A stretch of DNA of 63,399 nt, filler included, from Craspedostauros australis (taxonomy: Eukaryota): assembly GCA_030167865.1 (NCBI GenBank). It is 11 parts of 11 records of this genome, joined end to end, with 100 filler letters (N's around TTAATTAATTAA, not from the genome) between each part and the next. Parts side by side here need not be neighbours in the genome. Positions count along the whole stretch, not along the records: positions 1 to 29,341 come from JALAGF010003235.1; 10 more parts are not named here. The stretch is one strand, 5' to 3'. A model generated the notes under the pieces. That model had not been told where the DNA came from. It saw only the letters and a program-made list of their open reading frames with translations, and ran no database searches. How positions within the stretch are numbered: the first letter of the stretch is position 1; each line of letters starts with the position of its first letter. Positions 12,640-23,800 of the stretch are shown piece after piece. A program made the translations under genes and the position numbers.

Positions 12640-15600
12640 CTATCGCATCTTCCCACCTTTCTTGATGCCCATCTGTCCTGTCTTCGCCTTGGCCCGGGCA
12701 ACACCGGTACCGCCACCCGTCAGCAGCCCACCGCCTTCTCGGACCTGCTGGTTCATTGCCGCCTGCTCGCCTTCCAACCACGAATAGTTCTTGTTGCGCT
12801 TGGCCTTGGCTCGCGCATCGCGCTTGTTCGTTTCGGAACGACGTTCCGATTCGATGAATGCGGCATCCATGCGTAGCTCGCGTGAGATGGCCTTGTGCTC
12901 GCGCTTGAATTCACGTCGCGTGCGATCGATGGCGATCTGGATGGCCTTCTTGCCCTTGTCCTTGGACATGGAGTACCGCGTGGGATCTTCCATGCGCGGC
13001 GCCAGGCTCTTGATGATGGTGTCCTGGAAGGTGGCACCAGGGCGGCGCATCAACGGTGCGCGCTGCGATCGGCAGTGCTGCGCGATGGCGGTGGCCAAGG
13101 TCTCGAGGCGCTGTCGCACGGGGCCGGCCACGAGTTTCGTCTTCGTCATGAGGAGGATGGTCTCGCTGGCTTCGCTGAACAGCTCCTGGATGGAATCCAA
13201 AGCCAAGGCGTTTCCCAAAGTCGCGATGGTTTGCTGCATCAGATCCAACGAGGTGACGAAGACTGCGACCCACATTGTATCGTCATCGTTGGCAATGATC
13301 TTGGATCGTTCCAGGCTGAGCTTCGGTACCGTGGTGGCATCTTTTTGATTTTCCTTCGTCCACCTCGACAGTCGCAGCGACAGTTTTTGGAACGACGGCA
13401 GACCCTTCGCCACGTTCAAGCTGGGAACCGACAGATTGCCTGGATTCTTCGCGAACAACCGCAGGACGGAAACTAGGAAGGCCAGCGCTTCCGTCGGCAC
13501 GCGTTTGGCCTGCTTGGTGTACTCCAACTGAAGGCCCGCGCACATGATGCCCATGACCAGGTCATAGAGGGACAGGATTGGCGTGTGCGACACCATGTGC
13601 CCCAGTAGCAGTATGGCTGGCGTCACGACGTGATGTCGCAGATCCGTGACGGGGAAGATGTGTCCCATGGCGCGCAGGAGGAAGATGGATCCCGTCGATG
13701 GCCACGCCGTGAGCTCTTCATTTTCCGTCTTGCGGATGAACTCGGCGTCACGCAGGCGCTTGGCGTGGGCGTTCTGAAAGATGCCCAAACGTCGGTTCCA
13801 TACCGCGCCGGCACTTTCTGGTGCATCCTGCGCCATGTCGTACATGACCTTGGTGATGGCATCGAGTTGCTGGTACCGGGCGAGCTCCTCCCCGCCATTG
13901 CCATGCTCGCAGATGGCATCGCCGACCGCGATGAATCGACGCAGCAGCACGTCGTAATAGTTTTGCATCTTTTCCGTGTTGCGATGGTCGAGGCGGACCG
14001 AGTTGGCGGCATGGATACGTTGGATGATGGTCGATGCATCTTCTCCCGTCTCGGCATATCGGCCAATCAAGTCATGCAGTGCATCGAGGGTTGTGGGAGC
14101 CTCGAACACGAACGGCATCGACGATCTGGATAGAGCAACGCGCAATAGAATTTAGTGCAACACAAGGTCAGATAGAACCGAGCAAAGTGGAGAAGAGGAG
14201 GAACGTGAGTCGGGTACGTACTTTCTGATAAAGCTCGGTTGATGCAGCGGCAATGCAATCACTTTGCTGTCTGGAGGTGAAAGAGTGTCATTGTCAAGGA
14301 GACCAATCAGGGTGAAGGCGATAGGATATCGTCCTGAAGAGTACTATGTGACATTGGTTTGGTTGTTGTGTGGATCACATCACGCGTCGAATGAAAAGAT
14401 ATGCCAAATGCAAAACGCCTTGAACATATTTCATGAACACAGAGCATGGAAGAGAGAAGGTGGAATCGGAAATCCCATCTTCTCCAGTTCGTGCGACATT
14501 TGTGTGTGTATGTTTGATCCGTGCAGTGTGTGTTTTGTGGAGTAGTACCACACATGTTATGCATGATGCAGTACAGTGCATTGCTGTATTCACAGTCCAA
14601 ACGAAGCCGCAGCAACTGAATGCCGGTGTGCATACAAGCGAACGTACCTTGCTTGCTCTTTGGCCTTGCGTTGTTTCATTTGAAGGACTTCCAATTTGAG
14701 TTTGGTGGCATCCTCGTTCAACTTTTCATCTTGCGTGGCTTCGCGCAGTTTGATGTGGTGTGGCTTGATTCCGTTTTCGAAATCTCCATCTTCGTAGTCG
14801 ACATCGTACAGCACGGAACCGTCTTTTTGGATGTGCACGTGAGCGATGGTTCCATCGTACCAAGCCTTGTGTCCATCAAACTGTTCATCGGCATGGTAGT
14901 TGGCCTTGACACGGACGCCGGCTGCCAAGGGGTGTTTGACGTTGGAAACAGAGTCGGACGCGGAATCATCATCGTCGTCGTCGTCGTCGCTGCCACTATC
15001 TTGCGCATCAGTCCTTCCCTTGCCAAGATCGCCAATCGCATCATCGTTATCGTCGTCGCTGCCATATATATTGGTCTTGGTGGATTTTCGTTCCTCCGCC
15101 AAGGTCTTGACGACTTCGCCATTGCGATTGACGTACACCAAACCATCGGCCGTGAATCGTGCCTCCAGTTTGTCGGCTCCATCGTCATCGTCATCTTCCG
15201 AATCGCTCAATTCGTCTGGATTCCGAGCATTGCCACTGGCCTGCCTGCGCTCCTTCTTCTTCCTCCTCTTCCGGACCTCATTGACGGATATATCCGACAG
15301 GTCGTCATCTTGAAAGTCCCCGTTCATACGCGCCAACCGCTTCGTCTCCAGCTCCTGCAACCGCTCGGCTTCATCCTTTGCGATCTCCTCGGGCGTCTTG
15401 GTGCGATCCGTCGCCTTGCGCTTGGGCTTGGTCATCATGGCATTCATCTCGCGTCCCCAGTCCATCATCTCTTCGTGCTCCTGCTGGAACAGCGCGTTCT
15501 CCTGCTTGAGGTTGGCATTGTCGCGATACTGCAGCAGCTCGCTCAATTCGGCAAACTGCTCGTCCATCTTCTCGACGACATCGATCTGCGTTTCCTTGTT

Positions 15601-16260
15601 CTGGCTCTTTTCCAATTTGCGCATCTTGCGGCGCGCGACGATATCGTCCAATTCCGTCTTGCGCTGCGAGTAGACGTTGGACAGGTCGGTCGACATCATG
15701 CCGGCGGAGCCGTAGGGATTGACGTCGGCCGGTTTCGTTTGGAAACCACCGAAATGCAATTCGGTATCGATGGCGGCGAGGTATCCCTTATCTTTGGGAT
15801 CCTCATCGTCGTCCTCGGCCAAGTCGTCGGCATGCTGCAACAACGGCCGGCCTTTATGCGTCAATTCCATCGCGTCATCGAGCTGATACTTCGTATGGCG
15901 CTTGGATCGGCGCATCCGTTCGCGCACGACACGCGCCAGCATGCGATCCTCCTTCGTCATGGCCGTGTCGTACTGTCCGATACGCCGATCGATGAAGGAG
16001 TTGTGAGATTGCTGCATCGTCGACTTGAGCTGCGTGCGTCTGCCTTGCAATGATTCCAACGTCTGTTGCTTCGATTTGGGCTTCGAGATGGTGCGATTGT
16101 GGACTTCATGTTTGGGACGCTTTTGGCGCGACGTGATTTCGAATGGATTGATGTCCGCGAAGTTGCCGTTGTTGGACGATGCCGTCTTCTTGCGTTGCGG
16201 CAGGCCCTTCGGCAGCGACGACAGCGATCTCTTGGACTTTGATTGTCGTTTCTTCGCCAT
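12640..16260 (-). CDS. NOP14: Nucleolar protein 14 (SSU processome); exons 16260-14648 and 14125-12640
   Basis: NPFE, FIDRRIG, ELTHKG, LHFGG, RTKTPEEIA..EAERLQELE..RLARM and C-terminal KREHKAISRELRMDA. Donor AG|GTACGT at 14647 and acceptor TCCAG| at 14126 join in frame (KEQAR-SSMPFVF). Confidence 0.92.
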
Positions 16261-16855
16261 TGTGATGATGCGACCAGAGTGCGTCGAATTCTGTTGTTGC
16301 TATTGATGTTGCTATTGATGTTTCTATTGATGTTGCTATTGATGTTGGCGATCTCCTGAGATGCGATGATCAAGTGATGTGAGTGTGAGCGTGAGTTGGG
16401 TGGGACAAACGGAGTTATACCGAACCTCGTTCCGGAGTGGTGATGAACGGAACGGCGGTGTGCCCATCACCGCCGCCATGGTCGACGTTGGCGTTGCGCA
16501 TTCTTTGGTTTTGTGCTTTTTGTTGGTTGGATGAGGGTAGTCGATCGAGTCGGTCTTTCAGTTCCAATTCTGCCGACGACAGCCAGACATCGTATCTTTT
16601 GTTGAGGAACACAAAGATACGAATTAGTCCGCAAAAGACGACACAAGAAACGTTGCGAGCAAAAGACACGCAGAGATAGGAGAATCATTCCGATCCGGGT
16701 GCTTTGCCAACAACGGTATTGGTCACAACAGTGGCGAACGGCAAGGAGAAAGACCAGCCAGGTTTCTCGCTGTGGTGAGAAGTGTCACGCAAAGCATAAA
16801 TCGTGAGGATCTTCGCCACTCACCCACGCTGCTCACTCCAACGACGACAACGATC
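16261..16855. promoter_or_regulatory. Probable bidirectional promoter region between NOP14 and the nuclease gene, with a 12-bp TATTGATGTTGC repeat near 16300-16347
   Basis: Two genes start head-to-head about 600 bp apart; the short tandem repeat is visible in the sequence. Confidence 0.45.
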
Positions 16856-17803
16856 ATGAAGACCATGGCCATGACGATGAAATCACGTGCCGCGATGCTG
16901 GTTGCCCTTGTTGGACTGCTGTCCAGCACAATGACCGCATCTGCCTTCGCCCCGATGGGCAACGGCGTTGCCGGACGCGTTGGAGCTGCGGCTGCGCCAT
17001 CCCCTGCTCAGCAACAGCAGAAGGACATCTTCCGCAAGGGACCATCGTCCAACGCGGTGGCCACGCGCAACGCGTCTCCGCTCTTCGCGCGCGGAGGTGC
17101 CAAGGCCCAGAAGAACGTGCTGCAGAAGATCCTGCCGGCCATCGGTTCCGCCATGACTTCCGTCGCCGCGGCCCTCTCGTCGCTGTCCACCCTGCAGAAG
17201 ACCCTGTTCGCCGCCATCTTCGTCCTCGGCCACCACTTCGGCCGCAACCCGCCCATCATGACGCCGTACCGCGACTCGCTCTCCATCCCGGCACGCTTCT
17301 ACGGCCCCAACGCGCCGCTGCTGCATGGACGCGCCGTGTCCGTCAGCGACGGCGACACGATCCGATTCTACCATCTGCCCTACCCGTGGCAGAAGCCGCC
17401 TGAGAAGATCAAGGTCTCGCAGGTCGCTCTGGCCGTGCGCCTCTGCACCATGGACACGCCCGAGACGCCCAAGTTCGGCAAGCCGGGACAGCCCTTCGGA
17501 CTCGAGGCCAAGGAGGAGCTCACCAAATTCCTCGGCAAGGGCAAGATCTCCATCCGCATCCTGCAGAAGGATCAGTACGGCCGCTGCGTGGCGCAGGTCA
17601 TCAAGGACGGCAAGCACGCCGACGAACACATGCTCAAGAAGGGACTGGCGGAGGTCTACACCGGCGGCGGTGCCGTCTACGGACCGAAGGGATTGGAGAA
17701 GTACCAGGAGATGGAGAAGGCAGCCCAGAAGAAGAAGCTAGGCATCTGGAGCAAGGGCAAGCGCGAATCTGCTGCGGAGTACAAGAAGCGAACGAAAGAA
17801 TAA
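16856..17803 (+). CDS. Staphylococcal nuclease (SNase/thermonuclease, LCL3-like) with bipartite plastid-targeting presequence
   Basis: VSDGDTIR, VRL..MDTPET, QPFG.EAK, DQYGRCVA, ML.KGLA.VY and A..KKLGIWS motifs. The signal peptide ends in TASAFAP. Strong GC3 coding bias. Confidence 0.92.
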   Translation: MKTMAMTMKSRAAMLVALVGLLSSTMTASAFAPMGNGVAGRVGAAAAPSPAQQQQKDIFRKGPSSNAVATRNASPLFARGGAKAQKNVLQKILPAIGSAMTSVAAALSSLSTLQKTLFAAIFVLGHHFGRNPPIMTPYRDSLSIPARFYGPNAPLLHGRAVSVSDGDTIRFYHLPYPWQKPPEKIKVSQVALAVRLCTMDTPETPKFGKPGQPFGLEAKEELTKFLGKGKISIRILQKDQYGRCVAQVIKDGKHADEHMLKKGLAEVYTGGGAVYGPKGLEKYQEMEKAAQKKKLGIWSKGKRESAAEYKKRTKE

Positions 17804-18320
17804 ACATGTTAAAGTATAGTACTCTGTTATCACGAATTGCGTCGATGCTGGTTTGATCGAAGACACTCCAAAATCTCTATGCATCGGTCTCTTTCTCTCT
17901 GTCTCTCTGCTTATACGCCTATCCACCGCAGGGCCACAGCAAAGATTGTGCTACGATCAGGCTCCTCTCAGTGGACATCGAGAGGCAATGGAGTAAATAC
18001 AGAACGAAGTAGAAGCAGCGGTAATTTATGGAAACGTCATCCTTTCCTGTTTGGTTTCGAGAACTTGGCAGCGGCACGTCTGAATCTTGTCACAACTCTT
18101 GGATTCGCGTTGCGGCTCCTCGAACAGAAGTCGTTGGGTTCTTTGGCACTCTTTGGCACGAATCAATTGAGGTTGTCTGTCCTTCGCGGAAACAATCAAC
18201 ATGGTGTGTTGGTGCTGTCGATGTTACTCCTGTTGCTGTTCTTGTTGGTAACAGATGGGTGATCATTCTGCGGTTGTCAACACTCACACAAACTCTCTGA
18301 TCGCCGGAACTTTCAGCAGA

Positions 18321-18400
18321 TCACATCGCTTCACATCACACGGCTTCACTTGGCTTCACATCGCTTCACATGGCTTCACATCGCTTCACATCACATCACG
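18321..18400 (+). repeat. 10-bp tandem repeat (T[C/G]GCTTCACA) upstream of the Cys-rich gene
   Basis: About six copies are visible, ending roughly 95 bp before the ATG at 18494. Confidence 0.8.
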
Positions 18401-18493
18401 AACACTTCGACATTCTACAAGTACGCACACAGCACCCACATCAACACCCACATCAATACCAATACCAACACCAACAATAGCACTGTTACCAAT

Positions 18494-19435
18494 ATGAGGA
18501 ACGCCATCTTTCAGCTCTTCCTTCTTTCGCTGATCGTGCATGTCGCGTCGTTTTCGGGTGAATGCAACTACGACATGCGACTTTGGCTGCAATGCGTGCA
18601 CATTCATTCGGAGGAATGCTCCCAGTGCGGGGAGATCTCGCACCGCTCTGTGTCTCTGCTGGATTGCACGGACTTCACAGCCCACTTCTGCGAGATGGAG
18701 GCGTGCTGTCCACCCTGCGCCGACTCGACAAACGACCCGCAAGTCCCCTACGGCCAGATAGGGGACTTACGGCAATTGACATCGTGCATCGTTGGAGAGG
18801 GATGTTTCAAACCGGACTGCGATGCCATTCACAGCACCACGCAGCACTGCAACACCGAGTACGGTGACTTCAGCTCGTCCTGCAGGGTGGATTTGCCGGC
18901 CAATCTCAAGACCAACAAGGATGTGACGCCTCACACGGATAGGTACTTCTGGCTAGATTTCAACCGCATCATGCCGTCCTTCGCGTCCGATTCCTTCAGC
19001 CCCCAAGCCATCCAAGAGTGCCAGACCGATGCAGACGCCTTCTTCGGCTGCGGGCTTTCCAAAGGCATCTTGAACAACGAAACCTACTACCCCCGCAAGT
19101 ATCACAGTATTCAACGATGCTCCTACAAGCACGACCTCTGGACCCGATGTCTGCGGGATAACGACTGCGAGAAAAAATGCACCAACACGCCCGATATGGA
19201 TTGCAACGAGTTCACAGACTCCACCTGCGGCAAGCAGTGTTGTTGTGACTCTTGCGACGATCTCATGGAGCAGTACATGTCGTGCGCTCAGGAAACTGGA
19301 GAATGCTCCGGTCCGACCTTCGAATGCTCCGAGCGATTCTGTTTGAGCGGTGCCACCTCCTACGAGTGGGGATGGGCGGTTGCGATGATCGCAGCCAGCA
19401 TCAGCGGACTTTTGTGCATGGCGTCGATGATTTGA
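18494..19435 (+). CDS. Secreted Cys-rich protein, probably GPI- or tail-anchored
   Basis: Signal peptide MRNAIFQLFLLSLIVHVASFS, two related Cys modules (C..F....C....CC..C) and a C-terminal SGA followed by a hydrophobic tail. Confidence 0.75.
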   Translation: MRNAIFQLFLLSLIVHVASFSGECNYDMRLWLQCVHIHSEECSQCGEISHRSVSLLDCTDFTAHFCEMEACCPPCADSTNDPQVPYGQIGDLRQLTSCIVGEGCFKPDCDAIHSTTQHCNTEYGDFSSSCRVDLPANLKTNKDVTPHTDRYFWLDFNRIMPSFASDSFSPQAIQECQTDADAFFGCGLSKGILNNETYYPRKYHSIQRCSYKHDLWTRCLRDNDCEKKCTNTPDMDCNEFTDSTCGKQCCCDSCDDLMEQYMSCAQETGECSGPTFECSERFCLSGATSYEWGWAVAMIAASISGLLCMASMI

Positions 19436-20811
19436 TTGGAGCAGCTTGATGATCTCTCTCTCTCTGTCGATTTGCGGGGGCGCAACAGGAACAGTAGCAA
19501 TAGCGGCAACTGTGCAGGGGGCAATGAGCACGCCTTCGTCACCACCATTGTCGACAGAGTCGTCGGAGTTGCTGCCAGTGAGCTTGTCGTCTCGCAGCAA
19601 GCACCACACTCCTCAACTGGTAGTATACATAATCTGACATAACATCCCAAAGTGCACGATTACTATGGTTCTGTATAGTCGCCTCAGTCTGCTCTATTGG
19701 CGTGCTGTGAGTGGAGTCTGACCTAGGTCGTATAATACATACCACTTTGTGCATGAATGTTGTTGCTCTCTCTGTCTCTCTGTCTTGAGTCACATGCTAC
19801 CACAACACTCACACTGTCCAGACCTGTGCGCAGACACAAGGTCCTTGTTGCAAACGGACAGCTGCTTCGAGACGCCAATGTTCGTGAGCACATCGACTGT
19901 AACGAACACATCATTCGATAGTGTATCACCAACTCAGCCCAGCCGTCTGTTCTCCATTCAGAAAACAGATCGCGTGAAAGTCAAAACTGCTTTTGCTCCC
20001 TTCGCGACACAGACGCCATTTGCCAGTGACGACTAAATCACCCAATATCAACCAATCGTGTTCCGCAATCCATGATGCCTTTACCCAACAGAAGTTCTTC
20101 GAAAGGGTAATTGGCACTCATATTCTAATGCGCGACTCGAACCTATTTATGAATGGGCTTGCACATGGTCACTACCCACGTCAGCTGGACACTGGGTGAG
20201 ACACAATGGATCTATGTGGTGAGAAACTTTTCTGGTCTTGATGCTCGAAATCTTGTCCTCACAAGATTGTGATATTCTTCACAAATTGTCAATGTTGTGG
20301 AGTGAAAGGTGACTCCACTGGTTCGCGCCATGGAACTTGTTCCACCCCACAATCTGCGACAAGCAGCTTGACACAAGATCCCCACTCCACACGACCCATG
20401 ACAGGGCAACGCAGTGAAGCAGAGAGGCCTACAAACTCCATCCACACAATGGGGGGAGGAAGCGACGCCTCCAACACTGTGTTCTTCGTTGGGTGGACGG
20501 TCGCGTTCCGCTGCCTCACATCACATCACATCACAATCTGTCACAGAGTCTTCTCCGCATAACACACAAGACAAAGGAAGAGACAAGTAACCATCTGCGG
20601 CACGGACACAACCAACGACGAGGGAGGACTGGAAGCACGAGTATCTGCAGACAGCGAGAGAGGTGGTATAGATCGTGCTCGTAGTAGTGTACTATTCCTC
20701 GCCTCTACATATAATATAATACCATACTATTCTATTCTATTCTATTCCATTAATAGCAGAGCAATACCAGAGCAACACAAGAGCAATCATAACTCACATC
20801 CAACCATCAAC

Positions 20812-23800
20812 ATGACGCACCGCAACGATACGAGCACACCATCGCTTCTGCCGACACGGCAATCCAAAGCTGCGTTCGACGCTGCCAACTTATCTTCAGG
20901 ACGCGAGTTCTACGATGATGGATACACCGAGGAGGAACTGAACCTCGCCGAACCGCCTTCGTCGCTGAACCTCAATGGGGGCAGCGCCTCGAGACGGCTG
21001 CGGCCATCGCGATCGTCGATGTCCGGCGAAGGCTCGGAAGGCACGGGACCTTCCCAGGCCCCATCGCTGTCGGCATCGTCCATGAGCTTCTTCCCTCGCA
21101 ACAAGGAGCTGGCGAGGTTGACGTACGTGAGGGATGCCGTCATGACTGGACCATCTTCTGCGAATGACAAGCAACACCAGCAACTTCGCGGCAACGACAA
21201 ATCGAAGCACGAGATGCGGCAGAGAGGCCAAAGCCGGGAGCGGTCCAGCAAGTCACCATCTGGCGACAAGGCGGCTTCGCCCATTCCGTCAAAATCTGCG
21301 CAAGCTCCCGCAGGGAATGGCGACGCCAGCGACAAGCCCAAGATCCTGGCACGCAACTCATCCAGCCTTTCCATCTCCGCAAGCAAGACAAGCCTCGCGT
21401 CGGCAACCACCACACGAGTTCTCGCGCGCCGCAAATGCCTGCCTGCCGCGTTGGTGTGCGGCACCAGCGGCACCGGCAAGTCCAAGCTCGTGGAACACTT
21501 CCTCAAGCAGAACTGCTGCACGTGCGCAGCGTCCAAGCGCCATCGCATCAAATGCACGTGCTGTTACATCCTGCGAGGCAAGTACGACGAGTACATCGGC
21601 AGCAGCGACCCATTCTCGGCCATCGTGCAGGCGCTGACGGACTTCGCGAGGCAGCTCAAGCATGTCGATCCCAAGGAGTTCGCGCGGATTCGACACTGCG
21701 TGGCCAAGGCATTCGATGAAGGCGCGGAAGCTCAGGCCCAGTCTGCGGGGGACGATGAGGGACTCGCGGCATCCGAGACCACGGCTCCCTCGGCGGCTTC
21801 CAGCGGCGGCGGTGGTAGCCGCAGCGATGCCAATGGCAACGTTCAGAAGTCGGTCCTTTCAGCATTAACCGTCGTCGTTCCTTCGCTCTCGATGCTCTTT
21901 GAGGAGACGAAGACAGCCTCGGCCTCAGCCACAGCCACCAACCGCAACAATAGCAACAACAAGAATGATGGCGCGAAAACTGGTACCCCAAAAGGACAAA
22001 CCGCGCCCACCGCATCGCAATCGGCAAGGGTGCAAAGGGCAATGTCGAAGTCCACTTTGGACGATGAACTCGACGGATCCAACGACAGCAAGGATACGCA
22101 CGGCATGGAGGGCGGAATGGCTGCATTGGCTCGCAGGGGCGGTGCGGACAACTCTCCGACACAATCAACCTCTGAAGAAGGCGGCGATTCGACCAACAAT
22201 GCCTGGAATAGACTGCAATACATCTTCACCCAATTCGTCAAGGCCATCTGCACACCGCAGCGACCGATCTATCTCTTTCTCGACGATCTGCAATGGTCCT
22301 CCGATGTCGGGCTGGAGATGCTATCCAATCTCATTTCCGACCCGCAACTTCAGAACTTCATGTTCTTCGGCACGATCAGGCATGAAACGAATCCGCACAC
22401 GGGCGAAAGCCTCATGATTCCTCCGGAAAGTCCATTGCGCAACTGCTTCCTCGAGAGGTTGGGTGCTGATGAGAACACACCTGGACAAGAAATCTCCGGC
22501 AAGGATGGTGAGAAGAGCAGCAACCTCACAGTCGGCAGAGACGGAGCGTCCAGCGCAAATGACAAGGTGAATGACGGGGTGATGGACAGGAAGCTGGAAC
22601 AGATCTACCTCGACAATTTCACGGAAGACGAGACTGGTCGTTGGTTGTCCCAGCTCCTCAATCGTGCGGTTGTGGAGCTGGAACCTCTCACCAAGAAGCT
22701 TCATGCCACCACAGACGGCAACATCCTGTTTCTATTGGAGTCGTTGCAGGAGCTGGAACGCAACCATGTGCTGGTGTACAGCCGCATCTCGTTCCAATGG
22801 GAGTGGAACCTGCAAGGTTCATCAAACAACAAGGAAGAAATCCCGATCAGCGACAGCATCACCGCGGTGCTCAAATCCAAGCTGCTGCACATGCCGGAGG
22901 AGCTGCAGCAGGTTCTGTCCATCGCAGCGTACATCCGCACTAACTTCGACACGCGTCTGCTTCAGCTCCTGCTGACCAACGAGAAGGCCCATGCCTCTGG
23001 AATCATGCAAGATGGGACGGCGGCGGGAGAGGGAGGATCGTTCAGGTCGGGCAGAGAATCGTCTGCACCACTCACTTCGGAACAAGGAGCGCCCGCCGTT
23101 CCCGACCAGCAGCGGCTTGAAGAACTGCTGGAGCAGGCCGTTTTGGAACGCATCATCCTGAACCCGATCGGTGACAGCACTTACTCCTTTGCTCATGACA
23201 AAGTGCGAGAAGCCGCCTACGGCATGGTGCCGTTCGGCGAAACGCGAGACAAGCTGCGTCTGCGAATTGGCCACTGTCTGCTGGATCTGTGCAAGAAGTC
23301 CATACAATCGACTTCCAAAGATCTACAAGAGCAGCAGCATCTCAAACAGACGAGCGCGGCATGGTCGCTTGATGGTTCACCGCAAGAAAAACGCGACGAC
23401 ATCGACAATCTGCTCTTCGTGGCAGCCGATCATCTGAACAGCGTCCCGACGAAGGACCACCTATTCATCGTGAAGTTGAATCTAGAGGTTGGCGAGCGGG
23501 CTTTGAAGATAGCCGCAATCGCATCGGCGGCCACGTACCTTCACAAGGCTGCTACATCCATGAAGAAGGTCCGCGATCCATGGGGGCAACATTACGACCT
23601 CAGCCTTCGGTTACATCGCGCGAGAGCTGATGTCGAGCTGACCCTCGGCCACTACGACGCTGGCTACAAGATCGCGGAGGAAACTACAAGCAGAGCCAGA
23701 ACATTGGACGAGAAACTTCCGACGTACGTGTCATTGGTGCACGCGCTTGGTCGTCAGGACCGGCAGCTCGACGCCTTGAATCTCACGTTGGACACCATGC

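Noticed and set aside
14320..14352. Resemblance to the U3 snoRNA 5' end on the minus strand (TAGTACTCTTCAGGACGATATCCTAT)
   Set aside because: It lacks the GGATCA box A core needed to pair with 18S rRNA, and no convincing downstream boxes were seen.
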